Source of the DNA: a virus | Strand: one strand, 5' to 3' | Length of the DNA stretch: 47,886 nucleotides | IMG/VR virus record: IMGVR_UViG_3300045988_074299 | Coordinates: 1-47,886 of that record | Shown here: piece by piece, positions 18,069 to 26,107 of the stretch | How the letters are laid out: the number at the start of each line of letters is the position of its first letter | Numbering within the stretch: the first letter of the stretch is position 1 | Translations under genes and position numbers: made by a program | The notes under the pieces: generated by a model | The model's database searches: none | What the model saw: only the letters and a program-made list of their open reading frames with translations | What the model was told of the DNA's origin: nothing

Positions 18069-19424
18069 CTATGCTGCTCCTTTTCTACTATTATTCTTTC
18101 TCTCTTTTACATCAGCAACAGTAACATCATCTAATGCATACCATATTGCTGAAAAAGTATGAGGATCAATATTGAATTCATCGTAAATCATATTGCCATT
18201 GCTATCCTCAGCATACGCAAGATCTTTAAGCTCCCTTATTGTATTCTTACATTTTGGACTACATATGATTTTCTTAAATCGTTTTACTTTCTTTACTTGT
18301 TCAAGCCTTGTTATTTTATGACACTTCGTAAACCCAAAACCTTCATCGTGAAAATATTTAATTGATCCCGGCTGAGCACAATCGGCTTTTACTCTCCAAT
18401 TCTTACTATCAGGATTCCACTCCTCAAGTTTTTCTGCTGTTTGCTTATCTGTTAAGTGGTTTCTATACCACTCATCGTAAATATACAATATTCCTTGCTT
18501 AGTATCAACAGCAATTCTTACCAAAGCATTATATGAAGTCTCAAAGCCAAAGTCAAAACCATTCCTTTTAATTGGTGCGGAAAGAACCGCCCTCTTAAAC
18601 TCTTTTGGATCATCTGCAATAACAAACTGGGGAAGGACTCTCCGGCCATTGATACCGAACTTGCCTTCCCTCGCTACTCTATATAAATCTGGATCATATG
18701 TTTTGAGTTCTTCCAACTTGGCTATATAATCCAATGTTAAGAATGAATTATCTTCTGGAACGCTGTGGTGATAATATACACCATTTGGATTGTCCCTGAT
18801 TATCCTCCGTTTGTAGAATTCTTCCTCATTCTGGACCACTACCAGCTTTTCTTCACCATTGGCATCTACTTCCTTGCGTTCAAAGAAATGCGTATATATC
18901 CAATTTTGTTTATCAACCGGATTGGTTGTTAATAAGTAGTAGATCTTTAAGAATGGATTTCTAAGTCTTAGCTTCAACTCCTTATAAGCACTATATTTAA
19001 CTTCAGATGCTTCCTCCATCCAAACAATGGACACATTGTTGATGGACTTTACCTTGGTAGGCTTGTCCATACCTTTGAATACAATCCTTGAACCATTTGG
19101 GAACATGAACTGTAATGGTGACCTAGAAGCAATCACATATTGTTCTCTACTTTGCTTGCTTTTGTCTTCTGTTACAATTCCCATGCCATCTAAGATCTCA
19201 TAGATTAAGTCATAACAGGACTCTTTGATCTGCTCGTATGTATCTCTTACAACCAACGCTTTTCGCTTCTCACTTAGTAGCTTAAGAATTAGCTTTGTTG
19301 CTGTCTCATAAGATTTACTACTACCATAAGATCCTACCAGCAAATACTCTTGATGATTCCAGTCAGTCACATAATCCATAAAGTGCTCATTCACTGTTAG
19401 TTTAATTTCTTGTTCTATATCCAA
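18069..19424 (-). CDS. terL: Terminase large subunit
   Basis: 451 aa. Walker A-like LLVGSYGSSKSYETATK, Walker B-like VSIVWMEEASE, and a C-terminal nuclease-type region. PBSX/Terminase_3-like. Confidence 0.9.
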   Translation of the reverse strand: MDIEQEIKLTVNEHFMDYVTDWNHQEYLLVGSYGSSKSYETATKLILKLLSEKRKALVVRDTYEQIKESCYDLIYEILDGMGIVTEDKSKQSREQYVIASRSPLQFMFPNGSRIVFKGMDKPTKVKSINNVSIVWMEEASEVKYSAYKELKLRLRNPFLKIYYLLTTNPVDKQNWIYTHFFERKEVDANGEEKLVVVQNEEEFYKRRIIRDNPNGVYYHHSVPEDNSFLTLDYIAKLEELKTYDPDLYRVAREGKFGINGRRVLPQFVIADDPKEFKRAVLSAPIKRNGFDFGFETSYNALVRIAVDTKQGILYIYDEWYRNHLTDKQTAEKLEEWNPDSKNWRVKADCAQPGSIKYFHDEGFGFTKCHKITRLEQVKKVKRFKKIICSPKCKNTIRELKDLAYAEDSNGNMIYDEFNIDPHTFSAIWYALDDVTVADVKERKNNSRKGAA

Positions 19425-19489
19425 TTTATCACTTCCTTTTATTTTGTATTATCCCTTCTTTCTTTTACTTTATTCTAAGGATTCATAAC

Positions 19490-19560
19490 TGGGCATATTG
19501 GATTCGAACCAATGATCCAGGAGTCAAAGTCCTGTGCCTTAACCGCTTGGCTAATACCCA
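19490..19560 (-). tRNA. tRNA-Gln (anticodon UUG)
   Basis: Minus strand TGGGTAT-TA-GCCAAGCGGTTAAGGCA-CAGGA-CTTTGAC-TCCTG-GATCA-TTGGTTCGAATCCAA-T-ATGCCCA folds as a canonical cloverleaf. The D arm closely resembles bacterial tRNA-Gln. No encoded CCA. Confidence 0.85.
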
Positions 19561-19650
19561 ATAAATAACCGGTATGTGGGGGAAATTTGATTTTGGAGTT
19601 TACTATACAATAGCAATAACAAGTGAATACGAAATAACATACCGGTTAAT

Positions 19651-19717
19651 GGATGCAATAGGAATCGAACCTATATCTTCTACGCGTACTGAAATTCTAC
19701 CATTGAACTATACATCC
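19651..19717 (-). tRNA. tRNA-like gene with a non-canonical anticodon arm (possible pseudo- or atypical tRNA; identity undetermined)
   Basis: Minus strand GGATGTA-TA-GTTCAATGGTAGAAT...ATAGG-TTCGATT-CCTAT-TGCATCC has good acceptor, D and T arms. Only about 19 nt (TTCAGTACGCGTAGAAGAT) lie between the D and T arms. The best pairing is TTTC/GAAG with a 10-nt loop, or a mismatched stem with loop GUACGCG. Total length is 67 nt. Confidence 0.5.
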
Positions 19718-19723
19718 TACTTA

Positions 19724-20104
19724 CTAATCAGGCTTCACAAGCGTGATCTTAATACTCTTATTGTTTGATGCGCCTACATCTACCTGCTGCTGATCTCTCC
19801 ACCCTAACTGCTTCAAGCTAAATACCGCTAGCGTAGAGTTGATCTTTCCTTTTAATCCCAATCGCTCCAACATATACTCCTTAGCATTGACTAGATTCCT
19901 TATAGAGGTATCAAGGCGTTCATCTTTCTGCTCTAGTAGCTTGCCATTTAATATCTTGCATACATATTCATAAGACCATCCTTTTTTAACAAATACCTCT
20001 TTTAATATAGGTACTTCTTTTTGTTTAACGCAGTGTGCTGTGTAGCTATCTAATGCATTGCATATCTCGTCTACATCATATCTGCTTTCTCCTTTTCTTG
20101 GCAT
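19724..20104 (-). CDS. terS: Probable terminase small subunit
   Basis: 126 aa ORF upstream of terL, separated from it only by the tRNA pair. The call is based on position and size. Confidence 0.5.
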   Translation of the reverse strand: MPRKGESRYDVDEICNALDSYTAHCVKQKEVPILKEVFVKKGWSYEYVCKILNGKLLEQKDERLDTSIRNLVNAKEYMLERLGLKGKINSTLAVFSLKQLGWRDQQQVDVGASNNKSIKITLVKPD

Positions 20105-20170
20105 TTTTACATTCTCCTCTCTTCTTATTTGTTTCAGTATATCTTATACATTAAAGAGGGTTATGTAATT

Positions 20171-20395
20171 TTATTTCATTTCTCTTTCGAAAATAGCCAT
20201 AGCATCCCTCAATCCTCGATTATATGCCTGTGCAATTTTATATTCTTCCGATTCTTTAATGCCTTTGATAGTTACATCCATCATTTTCATTGATATAATG
20301 ATTTCTTTTTTAATTTGATTTATCTTATCCATATTTGTCTCCATTAAAAATAAATCATAATTGCTACCATACCGGATAATAATTGCCTTTATCAT
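20171..20395 (-). CDS. Hypothetical protein
   Basis: 74 aa track ORF. The start is uncertain; an internal METNMDK start is possible. Confidence 0.5.
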   Translation of the reverse strand: MIKAIIIRYGSNYDLFLMETNMDKINQIKKEIIISMKMMDVTIKGIKESEEYKIAQAYNRGLRDAMAIFEREMK

Positions 20396-20474
20396 CTTTT
20401 ACCCAGTAGCCTGTGCTCCATGTATTTGTTAACGGATCATATACTTTCTTACCTTTTATCATATCTACTTTCCT

Positions 20475-20633
20475 TTATTTATTACTTAGCTTCTGTAGAA
20501 TCAAATTTTGAACATCTTTTGATTTCTTATCATACATTCCATCAACATTGTATCTTATATATCTTGCATAAGCTGATAAATTACCTTTATTGCGATCATA
20601 AGGATTCTTTTCCATTGCTTGCTGTAATGTCAT
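20475..20633 (-). CDS. Hypothetical small protein (52 aa)
   Basis: Manually found: RBS GGAGGA, 7 nt, ATG. Sequence MTLQQAMEKNPYDRNKGNLSAYARYIRYNVDGMYDKKSKDVQNLILQKLSNK. Below the track length cutoff. Confidence 0.45.
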   Translation of the reverse strand: MTLQQAMEKNPYDRNKGNLSAYARYIRYNVDGMYDKKSKDVQNLILQKLSNK

Positions 20634-20670
20634 TTTCCCGATCCTCCAATTTCATTGATCAACCTCATAT

Positions 20671-20925
20671 TCATTCTTTCATATCTTTCGTAGTATCTAA
20701 ATATGCAAGCGCCATATCACAAATCACAATTAGCTCGGCATTCTCACACCATTTTAGTTCATAAACCTGTATTGATTCTTTTAATTGTTCAAAATCTCTG
20801 TTATTAAGATCACTAAGAACTTTACAATCAAAACATGGAAGCTCACGGTCTGGAACAATTTTTTTAGCAGCTTTCCTTGCTTCATTTTGAATATCAATAA
20901 TGCGTTCTTTATTTAATGTATACAT
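20671..20925 (-). CDS. Hypothetical protein
   Basis: 84 aa track ORF in the same-strand gene array. Confidence 0.6.
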   Translation of the reverse strand: MYTLNKERIIDIQNEARKAAKKIVPDRELPCFDCKVLSDLNNRDFEQLKESIQVYELKWCENAELIVICDMALAYLDTTKDMKE

Positions 20926-21110
20926 TTCAATCCTCCAATTATTAGCTCAAACAATTCACATATTCTTGACCTTAATACGTACAATCTAAAGCTTAAAGTT
21001 TCCTCCAATTGCATAAGGTAAAGTATCTTTCCTAAAGGACTTAATGTATAGTAGAACTGTAAATCGTTTTGTTTGATATATTGCCATATTAGATCTTTCT
21101 TACTTTTCAT
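20913..21110 (-). CDS. Hypothetical protein
   Basis: 65 aa track ORF with a 13-nt overlap with the next gene. Confidence 0.5.
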   Translation of the reverse strand: MKSKKDLIWQYIKQNDLQFYYTLSPLGKILYLMQLEETLSFRLYVLRSRICELFELIIGGLKCIH

Positions 21111-21145
21111 TATTCTTTACCTCAACTAACAATCTCATTACAATC

Positions 21146-21424
21146 TTATTCTATTCGTTTTAAACTACTTAAGAAATCTAATACATCATCAGGAAAAACA
21201 GAACTATCTGTTTTACCTTTTAACTCCTCATATGATTGTTCAATCTGTTGTAACTTCTCAAGCCATTGTACAAGCTGTTCGCCGACATCTGCACACACTC
21301 TACATCTTATCATTCTTTCCCCACCGTCATTCCAAACTGTAGGATTGTTTTCGTAGAAGTATTGAGTTTTTCTATTTTTAGTTACAATTTCTTTTTCATG
21401 CTTAATTGCTTCTTCTAAAGTCAT
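21146..21424 (-). CDS. Hypothetical protein
   Basis: 92 aa track ORF with RBS AAGGAGAAATCAA upstream. Confidence 0.6.
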   Translation of the reverse strand: MTLEEAIKHEKEIVTKNRKTQYFYENNPTVWNDGGERMIRCRVCADVGEQLVQWLEKLQQIEQSYEELKGKTDSSVFPDDVLDFLSSLKRIE

Positions 21425-21435
21425 TTGATTTCTCC

Positions 21436-21615
21436 TTACATATGTTTAGCCATTTTACCCAATACTGCTCTTTTACGTTGTACTTTTCTATGCATTGGTT
21501 TGTGATGCATTTTTCTCCAGTTGTTTACTATAAAGTCTGGCATATTACCTTTGCTTCTCTCAACATTAAAGTAAACTTTAACATCTTTTACTGGTTTAAT
21601 ATTTAGTTTTGACAT
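21436..21615 (-). CDS. Hypothetical small basic protein (59 aa)
   Basis: Manually found: RBS GGAGAATAAATAA then ATG. Sequence MSKLNIKPVKDVKVYFNVERSKGNMPDFIVNNWRKMHHKPMHRKVQRKRAVLGKMAKHM. It fills the gap between two track ORFs. Confidence 0.5.
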   Translation of the reverse strand: MSKLNIKPVKDVKVYFNVERSKGNMPDFIVNNWRKMHHKPMHRKVQRKRAVLGKMAKHM

Positions 21616-21813
21616 TTATTTATTCTCCTTAACATTCAATGTTCTTCTTTGCCTTGACCTTTTACTTACTACTTCAATTGTAGCTTTATTTTCAAAACAT
21701 ATCAACCAATTATTTGGATTAAGACCAAACTTTTGCAATATATTTCTTTGTCTTTCATTAGGTTCTATTATTATACAATCACCTACTTTCCATTGATGTT
21801 TATTACTTGACAT
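21616..21813 (-). CDS. Hypothetical protein
   Basis: 65 aa track ORF. Confidence 0.55.
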   Translation of the reverse strand: MSSNKHQWKVGDCIIIEPNERQRNILQKFGLNPNNWLICFENKATIEVVSKRSRQRRTLNVKENK

Positions 21814-21888
21814 TATTCACATCTATCCATTTTGTAACAAACTTATATAGTCCACAACATGAGATAGGGTTCCTCCTTACATAAAAAT

Positions 21889-21917
21889 GTTATAATATTG
21901 TTTATAAGTTATGCCAA
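21889..21917 (-). promoter_or_regulatory. Sigma-A-type promoter
   Basis: Minus strand TTGGCA-17 nt-TATAAC. It is followed by a strong RBS (AAGGAGGA) and a 5-codon mini-ORF (MLWTI) ahead of gene 21616..21813. Confidence 0.45.
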
Positions 21918-21932
21918 GTAGGATAATTATTC

Positions 21933-22082
21933 TTAACATTTTGATTTATCTAATTGTTCCTGCTCATCTATTAGCATTTTATGGAAGTCATTATTTACTT
22001 CCTTCTTTTTCTTATTTTGTTTTACATATGTTTCTTTAAATTTTCTATTTGAACTTATTTGTTGACTTGCTAATAATCTCAT
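21933..22082 (-). CDS. Hypothetical small basic protein (49 aa)
   Basis: Manually found. ATGA start/stop overlap with the upstream small ORF. Sequence MRLLASQQISSNRKFKETYVKQNKKKKEVNNDFHKMLIDEQEQLDKSKC. Confidence 0.4.
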   Translation of the reverse strand: MRLLASQQISSNRKFKETYVKQNKKKKEVNNDFHKMLIDEQEQLDKSKC

Positions 22083-22243
22083 TTAATTACTCCATTATAA
22101 ATAAAAGATCTTTGATCATCTGTAACATCAACCAACTTCTTATTCCATCTTACATAGAACTTCTTTCCATCAGTTAACACTGTTCTATAGACATCATATC
22201 CATTTTGCTTTCCTACACATGTTTTGAATTGAGTTCTTTTCAT
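22079..22243 (-). CDS. Hypothetical small protein (54 aa)
   Basis: Manually found: RBS TAGGAGGG, 7 nt, ATG, just downstream of the promoter at 22283..22311. Sequence MKRTQFKTCVGKQNGYDVYRTVLTDGKKFYVRWNKKLVDVTDDQRSFIYNGVIK. Confidence 0.5.
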   Translation of the reverse strand: MKRTQFKTCVGKQNGYDVYRTVLTDGKKFYVRWNKKLVDVTDDQRSFIYNGVIK

Positions 22244-22282
22244 GCTTTTGCCCTCCTAAGCATTTCTTTATCTTATACATAT

Positions 22283-22311
22283 ATTATACATTGAAAGCAT
22301 GCAAATGACAA
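22283..22311 (-). promoter_or_regulatory. Sigma-A-type promoter
   Basis: Minus strand TTGTCA-17 nt-TATAAT. Confidence 0.55.
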
Positions 22312-22480
22312 CAGCTTTGTGTAATTCTTGGAAACTTTTTGTATTTTCGTTGGTATCTGCTAATGTTGTTTTGGCTTCAATAACCAATCTGTTTTCTCTT
22401 ATAAGCAATTCATTAGCAGATACCATCCAAACAATTATTTGCTTCATTTCTTACAGCAACTTGCTGTTGTTGATAAACAA

Positions 22481-22633
22481 TTATTGATTACATTCATATA
22501 GCTGCTTTGATATTTCTGCATTTAATGTACAAGCACTTACTGGGGCTGTATGAAACCACAATGCTAGTATATAGATTATAATGAGTATCAATCCTACAAC
22601 CTCAATTATTTTCTTTGGATCAATCTTTCTCAC
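22481..22633 (-). CDS. Possible small membrane protein (50 aa)
   Basis: GTG start overlapping the upstream TGA (GTGA). Hydrophobic core IIEVVGLILIIIYILALWF. No independent RBS. Confidence 0.3.
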   Translation of the reverse strand: MRKIDPKKIIEVVGLILIIIYILALWFHTAPVSACTLNAEISKQLYECNQ

Positions 22634-22995
22634 AACATTCCCCTTTCCTCGAAATACTCCTGAAGATCAAGAATATAATTTGCCACCTCATTAAAATCTT
22701 CCTTTTTAATTACAACAACATCTGTTGATTTCTCGTAATGTGCAAACTTCTTTCTCATTATTGGCATCCCTTTGACACTTGGTTTATTATAGCTGTACTG
22801 ATCTAAATACATCAATAACAATGCAATTGCGATTGTAAATAGCTGAGCAATGATTGAATATCGTTTTCTGTGAAAATATAACGATAAAAACGGTGACAAC
22901 AGGACCATCCACATCCATATCACTCCAAGATCTTTTCTTAACAACCTTTTGATATTCCTGCACTTAATTGCTATCCATCTCCATATACTACTCAT
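22630..22995 (-). CDS. Membrane protein (two predicted transmembrane segments)
   Basis: 121 aa. Hydrophobic stretches VIWMWMVLLSPFLSLYF and IIAQLFTIAIALLLMYL. Confidence 0.6.
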   Translation of the reverse strand: MSSIWRWIAIKCRNIKRLLRKDLGVIWMWMVLLSPFLSLYFHRKRYSIIAQLFTIAIALLLMYLDQYSYNKPSVKGMPIMRKKFAHYEKSTDVVVIKKEDFNEVANYILDLQEYFEERGML

Positions 22996-23378
22996 AGCGT
23001 TTTTTCCTCCATTCTCTCTTTTATGAACCTTTTCTTCTCTTGAACCATCTGTTGCTCTCTTCTAAAATATCCCTGCAATTTACACCAATCGCACTTCAAC
23101 TGTTCGTTCATTAAAAAACTACCATTGATCTCTTTACAAATACTACAATGGCGATTGTCCAATTGTTCCTTATCCAACTTAACAAACAATTCAACCGTGT
23201 ATAGATACGTTCCCGACTGCTTGTCATATCCTTTGTTAATTGAATACGTAACATTGTTATTGATATGTGGATCAGACACTACGTTCTGTGCTAACCATCC
23301 ACAAGCCTTTAAATATGTATCTTTAGACTTATTACCTCGAAAAACTTTCTGATAAAGTTTTGATGCATATATTTCCAT
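22992..23378 (-). CDS. Hypothetical protein with a C-terminal CxxC...CxxC zinc-ribbon motif
   Basis: 128 aa. HCSICKE...(14 aa)...CDWCK. Confidence 0.6.
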   Translation of the reverse strand: MEIYASKLYQKVFRGNKSKDTYLKACGWLAQNVVSDPHINNNVTYSINKGYDKQSGTYLYTVELFVKLDKEQLDNRHCSICKEINGSFLMNEQLKCDWCKLQGYFRREQQMVQEKKRFIKERMEEKTL

Positions 23379-23380
23379 TG

Positions 23381-23839
23381 CTACTTCTCCTTATATGCTT
23401 TGATTGCTTCTCTTGCTTTAGCGTCCGCAAGCTCGTTTAATGAATTGCCATTATGGCTTTTTACTTTTGAGAACTTAACTGTAAAGTTGTTTTCCTTCAA
23501 ACTACCAAGCATAATCAAGATTCCTTCCCATTCTGATCTGTACTTGATCAGTTCACCGGATAACCCAACCCAATTGTTCTGTTTCCATACTTCTGCATAT
23601 TTTTGTATTCCGTTTAGTACATACATTGAATCTGTAACAATCTCGATATTCACTAAACGTTTCCGTACTGCATATTCTAATGCTTTCAAGACCGCTACCA
23701 ATTCCATTTGATTGTTAGTCGTGCCTCGTTTGATTCCTGATTTTAGCTTTAATCCATGATGATCAGCAATTACCATTGACCAACCACCAATATCTTTTTC
23801 TTTTTCATAAGAGCCGTCGGTATAGATTCTGTACCTCAT
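23381..23839 (-). CDS. rnhA: Ribonuclease HI
   Basis: Motifs YTDGS, TNNQMELVAVLKALEY, IVTDSMYV and VKSHNGNSLNELADAKAREA (the D-E-D-H-D catalytic pattern). The ATG at 23839 follows GGAGGA. The track GTG start at 23869 would lie inside an upstream hairpin. Confidence 0.85.
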   Translation of the reverse strand: MRYRIYTDGSYEKEKDIGGWSMVIADHHGLKLKSGIKRGTTNNQMELVAVLKALEYAVRKRLVNIEIVTDSMYVLNGIQKYAEVWKQNNWVGLSGELIKYRSEWEGILIMLGSLKENNFTVKFSKVKSHNGNSLNELADAKAREAIKAYKEK

Positions 23840-23860
23840 AATTCCTCCATAATTTACAAT

Positions 23861-23898
23861 AACCACCAACCATAGTGCTCACTCTACAGTTGGTGGTT
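23861..23898. repeat. Perfect 10-bp inverted repeat (AACCACCAAC ... GTTGGTGGTT) with an 18-nt loop
   Basis: Read directly. It lies between gene 23940..24638 and the RNase H start, with no flanking U-tract. Confidence 0.6.
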
Positions 23899-23939
23899 TA
23901 TCCTCTACCTATCCTATGCCGGAGGATTCATTGGGAATA

Positions 23940-24638
23940 TTAAATGTCCCACTCGTCTTCGTCCTCATCATCTTCATCGTCGTCCTCTTCTGGCTCCGAT
24001 TTCTTTGCAGGCTTCTTGGCACCTTTCTTGGCTGGAGCTTTCTTTGGTGCTTTCTTTGCAGGCTTCTCCTCTTCTTCTTCGTCGTCCCAATCATCCTCAT
24101 CATCGGTGTCGTCCTCTTCAGCTGCTGCCTTTGCTAACTGATCTTTGTAATACTTTGCAGACTTCTTAGGTGCTACCTTCAATCCAGCCTTCTTACACTT
24201 CTTATACAGTGCAACCGGATCTTCTTCCTCTTCCGTTTCCTCAGCATCTGCATCTTCATCTTCATCCCCTGCACCGTTTAATGCATCAAGATAGAACTGC
24301 TTATTTTTGCCATACTTTGGAACCTTGATTCCTCTCTTGCCACATAAAGCAATTAACTGCTTGGTAGACATGTTCTCAAGATCCTCTGCAGCAGTGTCAT
24401 CCTCTGCCTGATCTTCATCGTCCTCAACGTCTGCATCACCTGTAGATCCATTGTTCAGCTCATTTTCAATCTTACGTACCGTCATATGCTCCGGCATTGC
24501 ATCTGTTAATCCATCGAAATCTTTACCCGCTACGATAACTGCAAACAGAGGGAAGTGTTTAACGATCTCCTTAACTGCCTCAGCGTCCTTATTCTCGCGA
24601 ATTACTTTTGCTGCTTCTTTAACTGTCCAATTCTTCAT
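23940..24638 (-). CDS. Highly charged protein with two HeH/Rho-N-like motifs and an acidic-aromatic C-terminal tail
   Basis: 232 aa. MSTKQLIALCGKRGIKVPKYGKNKQFYLDALNG and ALYKKCKKAGLKVAPKKSAKYYKDQLAK. D/E blocks, a KPAKKAPKKAPAKKGAKKPAKK block, and the ending DEDDEDEDEWDI. Confidence 0.7.
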   Translation of the reverse strand: MKNWTVKEAAKVIRENKDAEAVKEIVKHFPLFAVIVAGKDFDGLTDAMPEHMTVRKIENELNNGSTGDADVEDDEDQAEDDTAAEDLENMSTKQLIALCGKRGIKVPKYGKNKQFYLDALNGAGDEDEDADAEETEEEEDPVALYKKCKKAGLKVAPKKSAKYYKDQLAKAAAEEDDTDDEDDWDDEEEEEKPAKKAPKKAPAKKGAKKPAKKSEPEEDDDEDDEDEDEWDI

Positions 24639-24693
24639 TTTGTTTCTCCTTTTCTTTGCTGGATGTATTTTCCATCCGTTATTTTTAATGTTC

Positions 24694-24879
24694 TCAACAC
24701 TTTACAATAACCACAAAAGTGGAATACTGCTCAACTCTTGCTTTAATACCAAGAGCTTTTACTTTTTCCAGCGTTTGCTGAAATTCTCTACCTTTAGTTG
24801 TAAACGTTACTTGTCCACAACCTAGCAGATGCTTTACAAACAAATCTTTACTTGTTTGCTTTTTAGTCTTCAATACCAT
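24694..24879 (-). CDS. Hypothetical protein
   Basis: 61 aa track ORF. RBS CTAGGAGGTAA then ATG, downstream of the promoter at 24925..24953. Confidence 0.55.
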   Translation of the reverse strand: MVLKTKKQTSKDLFVKHLLGCGQVTFTTKGREFQQTLEKVKALGIKARVEQYSTFVVIVKC

Positions 24880-24924
24880 TTACCTCCTAGCAATTTATTT
24901 ATTACTTATTTAACTTATGCTTAG

Positions 24925-24953
24925 ATTATAACACTGGATTGATATAATGTCAA
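24925..24953 (-). promoter_or_regulatory. Sigma-A-type promoter (consensus)
   Basis: Minus strand TTGACA-17 nt-TATAAT with an upstream AAAAAAGTTTTCGAAAAGC element. Near-duplicate of the promoter at 27412..27440. Confidence 0.65.
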
Positions 24954-24972
24954 CAGCTTTTCGAAAACTTTT

Positions 24973-25248
24973 TTAATTTTCCCATTGTTCCTGATCCTGC
25001 GCATTTTCCTCGTATTTATTGATTGCATCATTGATTGCATCTCGTAAGTTATAAAGCTCATCAATGCTTGCAACATGAATACCATTTTTAAGAAACAATC
25101 TTGTTGTTCTCTTTCCTTCTTCAACCTCAACTTGCTGGGCTAATGTAAATCCACAATGGCCCTCTTCTTTAATGCATTCAGAAATAACAAGTCGACGTTT
25201 ATCAGCAATCTGAGCATTTGAAAGCTCATTGTACTTGATCTTTGACAT
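24973..25248 (-). CDS. Hypothetical protein
   Basis: 91 aa track ORF. The nested ORF 24921..25130 is in another frame and was rejected. Confidence 0.6.
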   Translation of the reverse strand: MSKIKYNELSNAQIADKRRLVISECIKEEGHCGFTLAQQVEVEEGKRTTRLFLKNGIHVASIDELYNLRDAINDAINKYEENAQDQEQWEN

Positions 25249-25253
25249 TTTAT

Positions 25254-25625
25254 TTATTCCTCACTTTCTTGTTCCTCCTCTTCCTCTTCTACATTAGCTG
25301 AAAAACGAACTTTGAATTCATCTTTGGTGATCAATTTGTTAATTGCATCAATATCAATGAAGTCATTCAAGCTATTGAACTTGATTATGCTTTCTCCGTC
25401 TCCATCGAATCCAACACTCTTGATCCGAAACGTACCAAGTTGGAATGGCTTCGGCTCCGTTCCCAACTTAACCTGGATGTTTACATCATTGTTTAACAAC
25501 TGTAAAAGCTGTACACTGTTTGTAATCTCACTGTATGGTGCTTTAAATGTTAAATTAACGCTACCATTCTGCAATACGCTATGTCCTTTATAGCTGCAGA
25601 AACTCTGTACTTTGATTCTCTTCAT
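25254..25625 (-). CDS. Hypothetical protein with a poly-Glu C-terminal tail
   Basis: 123 aa, beta-rich, ending NVEEEEEEQESEE. Confidence 0.6.
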   Translation of the reverse strand: MKRIKVQSFCSYKGHSVLQNGSVNLTFKAPYSEITNSVQLLQLLNNDVNIQVKLGTEPKPFQLGTFRIKSVGFDGDGESIIKFNSLNDFIDIDAINKLITKDEFKVRFSANVEEEEEEQESEE

Positions 25626-26107
25626 TTTGCACTCCTTATTTTATTATATTTACTTTTTTGTTGGTTGTGGAAAGATTCTCTTGCAGATGAACTACTTCGA
25701 ATTGTTTTGGGTTGATTTACAATAGATTCTTGTACATCATTTAGGTCAATTCCAAGATCATATGTATCAGGTATTGTACCATCCGATAAATATTGGCTAA
25801 CTGGTTTGATATCTTCCGGCTTTACCATTAACCATACCTCGCCAGTGTTTAAGAATTGAATTGCAAATACCGGGATCTTATGTTCAACCAAAGCATTGTT
25901 TTCTAAAGTCCTAATATCCTTTTGATTTACTTTGATTGACTGTGCATCTGTACTCTTTAACTGACAAATAACATAGTCATTTTGACCATCTTCTTTTTCG
26001 ATCCATCCACTACCTGAGTTCTTAGTCGGCTTAAGTCCTAAAGACTCCATAACCTCTTGTTCATTCTTGCGATAGAACTTAAAACTACGTGGTTGATTGT
26101 TGCTCAT
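25622..26107 (-). CDS. Hypothetical protein, possibly a PD-(D/E)XK-type nuclease
   Basis: 161 aa. SGSGWIEKEDGQNDYVICQLKSTD resembles a D...(E/Q)xK nuclease core. Weak, motif-only evidence. Confidence 0.3.
   Translation of the reverse strand: MSNNQPRSFKFYRKNEQEVMESLGLKPTKNSGSGWIEKEDGQNDYVICQLKSTDAQSIKVNQKDIRTLENNALVEHKIPVFAIQFLNTGEVWLMVKPEDIKPVSQYLSDGTIPDTYDLGIDLNDVQESIVNQPKTIRSSSSARESFHNQQKSKYNKIRSAK

Noticed and set aside
19651-19717. The tRNA-like element as an attP-type tRNA fragment marking an integration site
   Set aside because: Both the 5' and 3' acceptor halves and the D and T arms are present, so it is not just a 3' fragment. No integrase, excisionase or repressor was recognisable anywhere in the genome.
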